From: a virus
IMG/VR virus record: IMGVR_UViG_3300037541_000804
Coordinates: 1 to 64,000 of that record
Length of the DNA: 64,000 nucleotides
Reading direction: 5' to 3' (one strand)
Shown here: positions 27,888-37,107 of the stretch, in pieces
Layout of the letters: each line of letters starts with the position of its first letter
Position numbering within the stretch: position 1 is the first letter of the stretch
Program-made: the position numbers and the translations under genes
The notes under the pieces: generated by a model
The model's input: only the letters and a program-made list of their open reading frames with translations
The model's database searches: none
What the model was told of the DNA's origin: nothing

Positions 27888-28520
27888 ATGAACGACCTTT
27901 TGCGATTTAAATTTGATCAGAAATTCTTATTGCTAGACACTGAGACGGCAAATTTAAGCCTGACCAGCGGCCTTCCTTGGCAAATTGCTTGGTTGACTAC
28001 CAAGGGTAAATACGTCACCAACAAATTCGAGCGTAAAATCAAATGGCCTGATTATCGCGTAGCGCCCGAAATTGCCGTTTTTAACCATTTTGACGAAGCG
28101 CAATACTTGCGTGAGGCACGCGACCCTGTTGAAGTGCTTGACGAGTTTGAGAGCTATCTATACGATCCATCTTACATGAGCGTGGGAATGAATACGCTTG
28201 GTTTTGATTTTGCGATTATCAATAATTGGCGCAAAGCTTTGGGCCGAAAGACTGATTATTCTTGGCTAGACCGTCATTGGGATATTTTGGCGGTGTATCG
28301 GGCGATTCAAAGCGGCGCAAAGAGTCCGCCGAAAGATGATTTCTTGGCTTGGCAGTATTCATGGATCAATCATCGAGATAGGAAGATTAAGGCGTCACTA
28401 TCGAGTCAGTTGAAGCATTACGGGGTGCCATTTAGGGAGGAAGACCGCCACGGGGCATTGTACGATGTAGAACTGACCTTCGAGGTATTTAAGCGTCAAC
28501 TTTTTGAGCTAGATATTTAA
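27888..28520 (+). CDS. DEDDh 3'-5' exonuclease (epsilon-like)
   Basis: LDTET, N.LGFD, HGALYD. Confidence 0.88.
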   Translation: MNDLLRFKFDQKFLLLDTETANLSLTSGLPWQIAWLTTKGKYVTNKFERKIKWPDYRVAPEIAVFNHFDEAQYLREARDPVEVLDEFESYLYDPSYMSVGMNTLGFDFAIINNWRKALGRKTDYSWLDRHWDILAVYRAIQSGAKSPPKDDFLAWQYSWINHRDRKIKASLSSQLKHYGVPFREEDRHGALYDVELTFEVFKRQLFELDI

Positions 28521-29274
28521 CCCTAGCTTGTCGAGCCTCTTCTTCTGTATCAAACCAACCCAAGTATTTATTTTTTGGGCCATATGCCCGCCATCTTCCT
28601 TCCCCTTTATGATAACCGACACCTTTCCATTGAGAGGATACCGTAGGAAGAGACGAGATTATACTTTGACACTTATCGAACTTTCGCTTTAACCCGAACT
28701 CAAAATCATTTGGATAAAGATACTTAGATAGGCGAAACAAATCTGGGCCATATTTTATTTCTAAAACAGAACCTCGTCCACTTAAATAGCTTTTTTGAAA
28801 ATAAAAAAAGTTTTCAATTTCTAATTCATTAAGTAAAACTAAAAAATCAGACCAATCCTGTTCATAAGAACCAGCAAGAGAAAATGTTCCGCCAATTCTT
28901 CCTTTTCTTTTGTAAAAACAACCATCTGCGTCGATATAGCCAAGCCAGAAATACCTATGGTTTTCTTTTGGAATCTGAGAAAGAATTTTGCTAGGAGAAT
29001 TTATGCTTTTTAATAAAAAATCATTATTTAGCATTAAATCTATTAGGCCCCTGTTCTTTGTAAAGAAAAACCCTCCCTGAGTTCTCCTATTCTTTAATTC
29101 TTGTCTCTTAAATTGAAAAGTGGCAACTTTTTCAAAGACACTAAAAAGTGATAAAGCATCTTCTTCTACAATCCTTATGTTTGGCGTCATATACCCATCG
29201 CCACTCTTAAAACACCCATCTCCCCAGAAAAACCCAAGAAAGTAAGCCCAATATTTATCAAATACATCAACCAT
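28489..29274 (-). CDS. LAGLIDADG homing endonuclease with C-terminal AP2 domain
   Basis: FLGFFWGDGC, WLGYIDADGC; SSQWKGV...RWRA...YLGWFDTEEEA; GTGTAA 11 nt upstream of ATG 29274. Confidence 0.85.
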   Translation of the reverse strand: MVDVFDKYWAYFLGFFWGDGCFKSGDGYMTPNIRIVEEDALSLFSVFEKVATFQFKRQELKNRRTQGGFFFTKNRGLIDLMLNNDFLLKSINSPSKILSQIPKENHRYFWLGYIDADGCFYKRKGRIGGTFSLAGSYEQDWSDFLVLLNELEIENFFYFQKSYLSGRGSVLEIKYGPDLFRLSKYLYPNDFEFGLKRKFDKCQSIISSLPTVSSQWKGVGYHKGEGRWRAYGPKNKYLGWFDTEEEARQARVKYLAQKVDA

Positions 29275-29328
29275 AGCATTAAGGATTACACGCAAAAATG
29301 CTTTTTACGATTTTTCCACTGAAAATAG

Positions 29329-29357
29329 TTGACGAATCAGTTAGACTAGCGTATATT
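29329..29357 (+). promoter_or_regulatory. sigma70-type leaderless promoter
   Basis: TTGACG-N17-TATATT-N7-ATG. Confidence 0.7.
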
Positions 29358-29364
29358 CCGTAGT

Positions 29365-29823
29365 ATGTATCCAAAATCCTACTACCCATATTCTCCAGAA
29401 TATACTGAGAAGTACCATGAAATTTCTGAATACTTTCGGCCCAAAGTAGAGGAAATCTTAAACTCCAAGCCGTCCACTTACAAAAAGTGGCGCAACCATC
29501 ACTTTCTAATTGAAGGAGACGACTCTTTCGAGCAATTCGCCAAAATTTCCAAGAAGAACGTAATCATTACCCATCGAGAAAAACTACCATTCCTCGAATA
29601 TGTTACGGAAAGACTAATGTGGTATTCTCTAGCTCACGATTATAAATCGGCAAAAATTAGCTTGAAAGATGACCTTGGTTGCGGTAAAGTAAGGTGGTCA
29701 AGCCGAATGGGACCAAAATTGGATAGTCTTTTTAATAAAGGGCCAGACGGAACAGAAGATAGAAGTTTAAAGACATTGAGAACAGAACCATTTGACGATA
29801 CGCTTTTCACAAAAGATGCTTAA
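29365..29823 (+). CDS. hypothetical protein
   Basis: 152-aa ORF with own promoter. Confidence 0.7.
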   Translation: MYPKSYYPYSPEYTEKYHEISEYFRPKVEEILNSKPSTYKKWRNHHFLIEGDDSFEQFAKISKKNVIITHREKLPFLEYVTERLMWYSLAHDYKSAKISLKDDLGCGKVRWSSRMGPKLDSLFNKGPDGTEDRSLKTLRTEPFDDTLFTKDA

Positions 29824-32416
29824 CTATTTCCAAAAGTATAAGAAGGTGCTCCACGCGGGAGTCATTCTTCCCTCAATTTCTATCGACCAACGCTTCTACG
29901 ACGAACTTGGGCTAAAGAATACAGTCTCAAATTACGAATTTCTCCGTCGTCTTTGCTGGAAAGGTATTCAAGATAAGGGTATCGACAAGTTGCCGAACAA
30001 GCAGGAGTACTATGATCGAATCAAAAAAGAACTAGACGTTTTCAAAGAAACCACGTTTGATAGTTATGTGCTCTTGAATTGGGACTTTCACCAATTTTGC
30101 CACAAAGAAAATATCTTAACTGGATGGGGTAGAGGTTCGGCGGCGAGTTCTCTTGTTTTGTATCTCTTAAACATTACGAGAATTGATCCGCTTGAATATA
30201 ATCTCTACTTTGAGCGATTCCTTTCTGTGGTTCGCGCCAAGAAGATTATTGATGACGACGGAACGGTTTATCTTGACGGCGGCGCTCTTTGTGACGTTGA
30301 CTCAGATATTTCATACTCCGAAAGATACAGGGTTATTGACTATCTTTACGAAAAACACAAAGGCAGAACAGCCAAAATCCTAACTCTTGGAACTCTTAGT
30401 AGCAAAGTTTGCATTACAGAGTGTTGCAAAATCGTTGGCGGCATGTCTCCAGAAGATGCCAAGCACGTTAGCGATATGATTCCGAAGAAGTTTAACATTC
30501 CTGTTTCTATCAAGGAAGCCATCGTGGAGAGTGAGAAATTTGCTATTTTCGCCGAACAAAACGAAAAGATTATCAAGGTCGCCCAAAAGCTTGAAAACCT
30601 AATCAAAAACACAGGCATTCATGCATCTGGCATTGCAATTAGCCATGAAAATATTGAAGAAACAATTCCCCTAGAGCGGTGCAAGGACGACGAGAGCGGC
30701 GAAGAAGGCGTTGTGACGGGTTTTGAAATGGGCGATGTTGGATCGTTGATTGTAAAGGTTGACGTTCTAGGATTAAAAACCCTGTCTGTTGTTAATGACA
30801 CTTGCAAAGATATTGACATAGACCCAAACAACATCCCCAAAGAAGACCCCGAAACATACAAATTCCTGCAAAACCTTGTTGCGCCACAAGGGTTATTCCA
30901 GCTAGAGACGGATGTAGGCTTCCGAGTTTGCCAGAAGGTAAGGCCGCGAGATTTACATGATTTGGCTGCAATCTTAGCGATTGCAAGGCCAGGAGCTTTG
31001 GCTTATGCTGATAAATATGCTGAATTTGTAAGGACAGGAGAAAGTCAAAGCGTTCATCCATTCTTTGATAGCGTCTTGGGGAGAACGGGGAACATCCCAA
31101 TCTTTCAAGAACAGTTGTTGGCCATGCTTAATAAGATTGGCCTATCTTTAATTGATGCTGACCGTGTTAGAAAGTGTGTTGGCAAAAAGTTAGTAGAAGA
31201 GATGAAGGAATGGCAAAGTAAAATCTATGAAACTGCCGAGAAAAATGGCCTAGATAAATCTGTTGGAGATGTTGTTTGGAGGGTTGCGGATGAGAGTAAA
31301 AATTACTCGTTCGCAGCGGGACATTCCTTCCCGTACTCTAAGCTATCTTACATTACGGCTTACTTAAAGGTTCACCATACTGTTTTCTTCTACAAGAATC
31401 TTCTACAGATGGCGACTACGGAGCAGAAACCGTTTGAAGCTATTTCGGCCATTTCTCAAGAGCTTCACCTATTCAACATCCGACTACTTCCGCCTGATTT
31501 AATTAAGAGCGACAAAGTTTTCAAGGTTGAAGGAAACAATATTCGATATGCTCTAGCTTCCGTTAAGAGTGTTAGTGATAAAACAGCAGACGCATTGGAT
31601 GTTTTTCGCGGCAAAGCTCTAACCAACAAATTTGAAATCTTCAACGAAGCAAAAGAAGCGGGCCTAAACATTGGGGCGCTCTGTTCTCTCATCCAAGCTG
31701 GCTGTTTGGATTCTTTCAACACTGATAGAAGTTTGCTCATGTTGGAGGCGCAAGTTTTCAACACCTTGACGCCTAAAGAAAAGCCTCTCGTTACAAACTA
31801 CGGCCAATCATTTAATTACGACATTTTGGCACTCTTAAAAGCAGTCGGCGAAGGCAAATTACTGAACGACAAAGGTAAACCCATTATATCTGATAGCCGC
31901 CTCAAAACCTTGCGCGAAAAATACGGGGACTACCGAAAACTCTACGATCATAACCACCAACACAGAAAATTCTGCGAATGGTTCTTTGAGAAGAAACTTC
32001 TCGGATATTCCTATACACATAACTTGCGCCAAGTCTTTAAAGACAATCAAGGATTTACACCAGTCATTGAATTGCTCTCCCTAACAGACAAAGACCGCGT
32101 GCGAATTGTTGGCACTGTCGATGATTTCGCCAAGTCTAAGAGTAAAAAGAACGACAAATCATATCTCAGAATTAACTTCTCAGACGAGGGTGGCAAAACA
32201 ACTGTCCTATTCTTCGATAAACAAAAGCTCAACAAAGACCAAAAACCCAATAGCGAAGATCACCCCGCGACCATGTTCTTTAAAGCGGCAGACTTAGAGA
32301 AGGAAGATATTATTGTTGTTGACGGCCAAAAATCAGGCGATATTGTTTTCGCCAATGAAATTAAAAAAATTGACACCCAAATCTTTAGCAAAGTATCAGA
32401 GGCAAAAAATGACTAA
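29816..32416 (+). CDS. dnaE: DNA polymerase III alpha catalytic part (family C, lacks PHP)
   Basis: GRGSAASS, FERFL, DVDSD, HASG, KVDVLGL, FQLE, RPG, FQEQ, C-terminal OB fold. Confidence 0.95.
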   Translation: MLNYFQKYKKVLHAGVILPSISIDQRFYDELGLKNTVSNYEFLRRLCWKGIQDKGIDKLPNKQEYYDRIKKELDVFKETTFDSYVLLNWDFHQFCHKENILTGWGRGSAASSLVLYLLNITRIDPLEYNLYFERFLSVVRAKKIIDDDGTVYLDGGALCDVDSDISYSERYRVIDYLYEKHKGRTAKILTLGTLSSKVCITECCKIVGGMSPEDAKHVSDMIPKKFNIPVSIKEAIVESEKFAIFAEQNEKIIKVAQKLENLIKNTGIHASGIAISHENIEETIPLERCKDDESGEEGVVTGFEMGDVGSLIVKVDVLGLKTLSVVNDTCKDIDIDPNNIPKEDPETYKFLQNLVAPQGLFQLETDVGFRVCQKVRPRDLHDLAAILAIARPGALAYADKYAEFVRTGESQSVHPFFDSVLGRTGNIPIFQEQLLAMLNKIGLSLIDADRVRKCVGKKLVEEMKEWQSKIYETAEKNGLDKSVGDVVWRVADESKNYSFAAGHSFPYSKLSYITAYLKVHHTVFFYKNLLQMATTEQKPFEAISAISQELHLFNIRLLPPDLIKSDKVFKVEGNNIRYALASVKSVSDKTADALDVFRGKALTNKFEIFNEAKEAGLNIGALCSLIQAGCLDSFNTDRSLLMLEAQVFNTLTPKEKPLVTNYGQSFNYDILALLKAVGEGKLLNDKGKPIISDSRLKTLREKYGDYRKLYDHNHQHRKFCEWFFEKKLLGYSYTHNLRQVFKDNQGFTPVIELLSLTDKDRVRIVGTVDDFAKSKSKKNDKSYLRINFSDEGGKTTVLFFDKQKLNKDQKPNSEDHPATMFFKAADLEKEDIIVVDGQKSGDIVFANEIKKIDTQIFSKVSEAKND

Positions 32417-32795
32417 AAAATTTAGAGTTTGGGACAAAGAGCTAGCTATATTCGCCGAACACGCGGAACTTCGCGATGGGATTCTAGAAGATATTTTGCT
32501 TCATCCAAAGGGAGGATTCCTTGCTATTTGGGATAACGGGGCGACTAAAATTCTGAATGAGAATAGGTTTGTGCTTGAGCAATTCACTGGTATCCTTGAT
32601 TCAGAAGGTAAAGAAATCTATGAGGGAGACATTATTTCTGGCGAATTTTACGACACGGAATATCATTGTTCAACAACGGTAGTTCATCCAGTCGTATTCA
32701 ATAACGGGGCGTTCAATATTTCTTCCAGCTTGTGGTTTAAGCCAACCTTGAAAATTCTTGGAAACATCCGCCAAAATCCCAAACTTCTAGCTTGA
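32409..32795 (+). CDS. YopX-family protein
   Basis: KFRVWD...EQFTG..D..GKEIYEGDI...ILGNI. Confidence 0.88.
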   Translation: MTKKFRVWDKELAIFAEHAELRDGILEDILLHPKGGFLAIWDNGATKILNENRFVLEQFTGILDSEGKEIYEGDIISGEFYDTEYHCSTTVVHPVVFNNGAFNISSSLWFKPTLKILGNIRQNPKLLA

Positions 32796-32819
32796 CTTTT
32801 CCCGCCCATTCCGTATATT
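32792..32819 (+). promoter_or_regulatory. sigma70-type leaderless promoter
   Basis: TTGACT-N16-TATATT-N5-ATG(32825). Confidence 0.7.
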
Positions 32820-32824
32820 CCACC

Positions 32825-35170
32825 ATGCAGTTCGCACCCAACCTCAACCGTTTAATCCTCTTAGCTTCTCAATCTGCAAAAAAGAAAGATCAAAATCCCA
32901 ACACGCCCGAACTCTTCATCCAATTAATCAGCGGCGAAAAACACGCACGAATTCTCAGCAAACTTGGATTAAACGGCGAAGCAGTCGCCCAATCTGTTTC
33001 GCAAATCGGTATCGCCTTTCCCACAACCGTAGTTGGTGAGGACGCGAAAAAAGAATACGAAGAGGTAATAGCTTTTGCGGCCCAAATCTCCGAAAAACAC
33101 AATCACCATTTCATCGACAGCGAGCATGTAATGGTTGCGATTTTAGAAGTCGGTAATTCAATTCGCGCATGGATGGCACTTATTGAAGAGCAACAGCAAT
33201 TTCCAACCGCCCGATTTAATCAAGAATGTAACAAGCTACTTGAGTTTGACAAGCCGCCGCAAAACTCTCAATCTAACGAAGATTTTGACGATGACATGCC
33301 ACCAAACATGCAGCGTTTTTTGCACAATATTACCGCAGATATTGCTAATAGTGGCCAATCTGTTTTTGGCCGCGAAAAAGAAATCACAGAGCTATCAAAT
33401 ATTGTTACTCGTCAACGTAAAAACAACGCCTTGTTGATTGGCGATGAGGGAGTTGGCCGCAAAAGTATTTGTCGTGGTTTGGCTGAAAAAATCATGTTTG
33501 GTAATGTTCCAGACCATCTTAAATTTAAAACGGTTTACCAACTTGACTGCCAAAAACTCGTTAGTGGAACAAGCATGTTTGGTGCTATCGAACAAAGAAT
33601 CACTAGCTTGACCGATGAATTGGAAAGCGTGGCTGGAGGAGATTCGATCATCGTTATTCCGTCGCTTCCAACAAGCGTGGGCAAAAATCAAGACACGAGT
33701 TTACTAAACCTTCTAAGCCCTCTTTTTGAGAGCGATAAAATTCCAGTAATTTTAGTTTGCACCCAGCAGGAATACAAGCGCCATGAAAAAGAACTCCTTG
33801 GCTTTGAACAGATTAAAGTGTCCGAACCTTCTAAGGACGAAACGCTAAAGATTGTTCTCGGTAACATTTGGAAAATGCAGGCTCATCATATGGTGTCAAT
33901 GGATTTCGATGCCGTAAACACCGTAATCGACCTGTGCCAAAGATTTTTGCCATATCGTAAATTCCCAGAAAAAGCGCTAGACGTTTTGGATACGATTCTT
34001 GCTGATACAAAGAACAAAGCATATACCCCGCCAGAATCCATCGCCAAAATTGAAAACCAGATTACGAAAATAGCCCTATCTTGCGCTATTCAGGGGAAAT
34101 CAGAACAAGAAGCGCGAAAAAAGGTCGAAAAACTAGAAGACAAATTTCTTGCGGCCAAAGAAAGATGGGAAAGCAAGGTAATGAAAAATCCACCAATTGT
34201 TTCAGTAAAACAGGCAATTTCAGCATTCGCTGAAAAGTATAAACTAACCGAAAATCAAATCTACCAGACGCAAGGGAGTTTATTGTCGGATTTAGCGGAC
34301 GAATTCAAGAAAGAGGTTTTCGGCCAAGAACATGTGATTGATCAAGTAAGCGACGTTCTACTTTGCACAAAAGTAGGCCTACGAGACGTTACAAAACCTA
34401 TTGCAAAATTCATGTTTGCAGGTTCTAGTGGCTGCGGAAAAACGATGCTAGGCAAGAAAATCGCCAAACATTATTTCGGCGATGAAAAAGCCTACATCAA
34501 GGTTGACATGAGCGAATTCCAAGAGCGCGGCACGATTTCTGGCCTTATTGGGACAACGGCAGGATACATTGGCTATGAAAACGGCGGTCGATTGACCGAA
34601 TTCGTTAAGCATAATCCATCTTGTGTTGTGATTTTTGACGAAATCGAAAAAGCGCATCCAGACGTTCATAATCTCTTGCTGCAAATCATGGACGACGGTT
34701 GCTTGACAGACGGCGGCGGGTATAAGGTTGATTTCACTAACACAATTATTATCTTGACAACAAACCAAGGCTCCGCCGATAACAAAAGAAGCATGGGCTT
34801 TTTGAATGACAAAACCGTTCAAGGAAACTACGCCGAAAGCATTAAAAAAGCCTTCAAGCCTGAAATTATTGGCCGAATTGATGAGGTTCTAGTGTTCAAC
34901 GACATTGATGAGAAGACTTCCAAGCTAATCATCTGGGATTCTGTGAACAAAATCATTCTCGCCCTAAAAGACCAAAATATCCTATTGACAGTAGAAGAAC
35001 CCGTGGTAGATTATCTTCACAAAATCGTTAGCGAGAACCAATCTCACGCACGCGCCGTTCAATCGTCGGTGCAGAAAAACTTGACAACTCCAATTTCTAA
35101 ACTTTTAATCAAACAGCGGCCAAAAGCCATCATTGCTTCGATTGAAGGTGGGCTTATTAAGATCAACTAA
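32825..35170 (+). CDS. ClpA/ClpC-like Hsp100 ATPase with degenerate first AAA module
   Basis: Clp-N repeats, FGREKE, degenerate D1 (GVGRKS, IVIPS), intact D2 (GSSGCGKT, DMSEF, GYIGY, FDEIEKAH), MGF loop. Confidence 0.9.
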   Translation: MQFAPNLNRLILLASQSAKKKDQNPNTPELFIQLISGEKHARILSKLGLNGEAVAQSVSQIGIAFPTTVVGEDAKKEYEEVIAFAAQISEKHNHHFIDSEHVMVAILEVGNSIRAWMALIEEQQQFPTARFNQECNKLLEFDKPPQNSQSNEDFDDDMPPNMQRFLHNITADIANSGQSVFGREKEITELSNIVTRQRKNNALLIGDEGVGRKSICRGLAEKIMFGNVPDHLKFKTVYQLDCQKLVSGTSMFGAIEQRITSLTDELESVAGGDSIIVIPSLPTSVGKNQDTSLLNLLSPLFESDKIPVILVCTQQEYKRHEKELLGFEQIKVSEPSKDETLKIVLGNIWKMQAHHMVSMDFDAVNTVIDLCQRFLPYRKFPEKALDVLDTILADTKNKAYTPPESIAKIENQITKIALSCAIQGKSEQEARKKVEKLEDKFLAAKERWESKVMKNPPIVSVKQAISAFAEKYKLTENQIYQTQGSLLSDLADEFKKEVFGQEHVIDQVSDVLLCTKVGLRDVTKPIAKFMFAGSSGCGKTMLGKKIAKHYFGDEKAYIKVDMSEFQERGTISGLIGTTAGYIGYENGGRLTEFVKHNPSCVVIFDEIEKAHPDVHNLLLQIMDDGCLTDGGGYKVDFTNTIIILTTNQGSADNKRSMGFLNDKTVQGNYAESIKKAFKPEIIGRIDEVLVFNDIDEKTSKLIIWDSVNKIILALKDQNILLTVEEPVVDYLHKIVSENQSHARAVQSSVQKNLTTPISKLLIKQRPKAIIASIEGGLIKIN

Positions 35171-35171
35171 T

Positions 35172-35357
35172 ATGACAAACAAACAATTCTTGCTCTCCAA
35201 AATTGAGGATTTCTTAAATAAAGAAAAAGAAGATGGCCTTCTCGATGAAGATTTCGTCTATGAACAGCTATCTTTAGATATGACTCTTGCAGCAGAGCAC
35301 GTTTATAATGTGTGGCAAAAAACATGTTCGCATACTAGAAACCAATATGGAGATTAA
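35172..35357 (+). CDS. hypothetical protein
   Basis: short ORF in operon. Confidence 0.55.
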   Translation: MTNKQFLLSKIEDFLNKEKEDGLLDEDFVYEQLSLDMTLAAEHVYNVWQKTCSHTRNQYGD

Positions 35358-35586
35358 CATGTTCGCCAAAATTAAAAAACTCTTTAAAAGCATTGGCAAA
35401 TGCTGCCGCCCAAATTGTCAAAATTCAGCAGCCGTATTTGGCACTTGCGAAGAGTGTATCCATGAAGAATGGACGCAAATGGGAGAGAGGAGAGAAGATG
35501 AAGAATGCCAAAGGCTCATAAAAGCATTTACACGGGCTATTTTAGAGCTAGAACAAGAAAAGCAACAAAAATCTGCAATACCTTAA
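35347..35586 (+). CDS. hypothetical Cys-rich protein
   Basis: CCRPNC...CEEC. Confidence 0.55.
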   Translation: MEINMFAKIKKLFKSIGKCCRPNCQNSAAVFGTCEECIHEEWTQMGERREDEECQRLIKAFTRAILELEQEKQQKSAIP

Positions 35587-35624
35587 CCTCCCAAGCGTTA
35601 ATATATTGCCTAACCTATAAACAT

Positions 35625-35822
35625 ATGCGCCCAGACTACCAACAGAGAGTAATTGACGAAAAATCGGAACTAGACGACAAAATCTCGAAACTTGGAGACT
35701 TTATTAGCTCCTCCTCCATCTTTCAAAGCCTTCCAAGCGAAGAAAAAGAACGCCTAGTTCGACAAAAATCTTGCATGGGTGAATACTCCGAAATTCTCGG
35801 AGAACGCATCTCTGCATTTTAA
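35625..35822 (+). CDS. small helical phage protein (crAss001_48-like)
   Basis: YQQRV..EK.ELD.KI.KL..FI...Q...M..Y..IL..RI. Confidence 0.7.
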   Translation: MRPDYQQRVIDEKSELDDKISKLGDFISSSSIFQSLPSEEKERLVRQKSCMGEYSEILGERISAF

Positions 35823-35839
35823 ACAAAAAAAACACACAC

Positions 35840-36028
35840 ATGAACAACACAGAAACCCAAATCCGCAATACTAAAGGTCGTTTTTTCGGCGTAACCCTCA
35901 AGTCTGGAGAAACTTTCAACGCGCAACTTCGCGGCGAAACCCCCAAGACCTTCAAGCTTTTTGATCGCAACGACTATCGCCCGCGCAACGTGCTTAAGCG
36001 TTTGATCGTTGGTGTAAATTGTCGCTAA
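35840..36028 (+). CDS. hypothetical protein
   Basis: 62-aa ORF followed by terminator. Confidence 0.65.
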   Translation: MNNTETQIRNTKGRFFGVTLKSGETFNAQLRGETPKTFKLFDRNDYRPRNVLKRLIVGVNCR

Positions 36029-36045
36029 CTTCGTCCGACCAAGAC

Positions 36046-36081
36046 AACCCGCCGATGAGGAAACTCTCGGCGGGTTTTTTG
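36046..36081 (+). terminator. intrinsic terminator
   Basis: ACCCGCCGA...TCGGCGGGT followed by T-run. Confidence 0.85.
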
Positions 36082-36093
36082 TTATTATAGGGT

Positions 36094-37107
36094 ATGGCCG
36101 ACCTTCTCCAAAATAAAGTCTTTGTTTTCGCGCAAAATCCGACACCCTCAGAGTCGGAAATCTATTTTTTGGACATTGTGGCCGAAAACGCCAGTCTCGG
36201 GAGAATTTGCGGACATGAAATCGTCTCCTACAGCGATAACTATGACGTTTACAAGATTCAAAGTACTCTCGGCCCAAAGATCGTCAAACTATCGCTAGAC
36301 CCCGAATTCAATTTTGAGAACGATGCACAACCATTAAACGGGCCGAAAACATTCTCTATTGTCAAAGCAGACATTGGCGTTCAAGTCGTGGCCAAAATTG
36401 AAGATTTTATCGCTGCCCCAAGTTTGGCAGAAATCGGCGAATCAAACATCAACTCAGCATGGCCATTAGTTGTTAAGGCTATAATTAATAATTCCAAAGA
36501 GACTCACAGTAGAAGTCTAAAAGACCACCTAAAAGCCCTGTTCAAGCAAACATCCTTGGACGAAAACAAAAACCTAGACGTTTTAGTAAAAACCAATAGC
36601 TCCAACTACCAGCTAATCAAAAAAGGCGCAGAAGAGCTTAAAAAAGAAGTCGAACAACTTTATAAGACATGGCATTCCGTCGATACTCTCATTAACGGCA
36701 ATATCTCATCTGACAATTTGTTTCTAGACAGAAACAATGCTTACATTTCGTCGTGGGGCAAATCGTATTCGGCCCATGTTTTTCTTGAACTTGCGGCCCT
36801 AAAAATGAACATCGACATGCCGCAGTCAACAGAATACGACATGTTTAACGAGCTAAAAAGACAATCATCTAGCGAGAATACATGGGAAGACTATATCCAG
36901 TGTAAAACTTTTGTGGCTTCTTATAAGTTTTTGGAATGCGTCTTTTCTTTCATCAAAGAGACTTTTCTTTTTGAAGGCAAGAGGAGAGATGAGTTGCTAA
37001 AATTGTCGTCTTATTTTTGCCGAAATTTGGGTCTTTTCAACAATTTGGCGGGCTTTAGAAAAAACCAAGAAGAGCTTTTGAAGCTTTTTAGCTCACCAGT
37101 CGTTTAA
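36094..37107 (+). CDS. APH/choline-kinase-fold protein, probably catalytically degenerate
   Basis: YDVYKI...IVKL, INGNISSDNL (cf. HGDxxxxN), ISSWG (cf. IDW). Confidence 0.55.
   Translation: MADLLQNKVFVFAQNPTPSESEIYFLDIVAENASLGRICGHEIVSYSDNYDVYKIQSTLGPKIVKLSLDPEFNFENDAQPLNGPKTFSIVKADIGVQVVAKIEDFIAAPSLAEIGESNINSAWPLVVKAIINNSKETHSRSLKDHLKALFKQTSLDENKNLDVLVKTNSSNYQLIKKGAEELKKEVEQLYKTWHSVDTLINGNISSDNLFLDRNNAYISSWGKSYSAHVFLELAALKMNIDMPQSTEYDMFNELKRQSSSENTWEDYIQCKTFVASYKFLECVFSFIKETFLFEGKRRDELLKLSSYFCRNLGLFNNLAGFRKNQEELLKLFSSPVV

Noticed and set aside
29298-29320. ATGCTT...TTTCC as a relic of the dnaE start
   Set aside because: Similarity to 29816 is within chance for AT-rich DNA.
36050-36070. CCGATGAG-GAAA-CTC resembling a hammerhead ribozyme core
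   Set aside because: CUGAUGA is not matched, no GAAA follows stem II, and the sequence is fully explained as a terminator hairpin.
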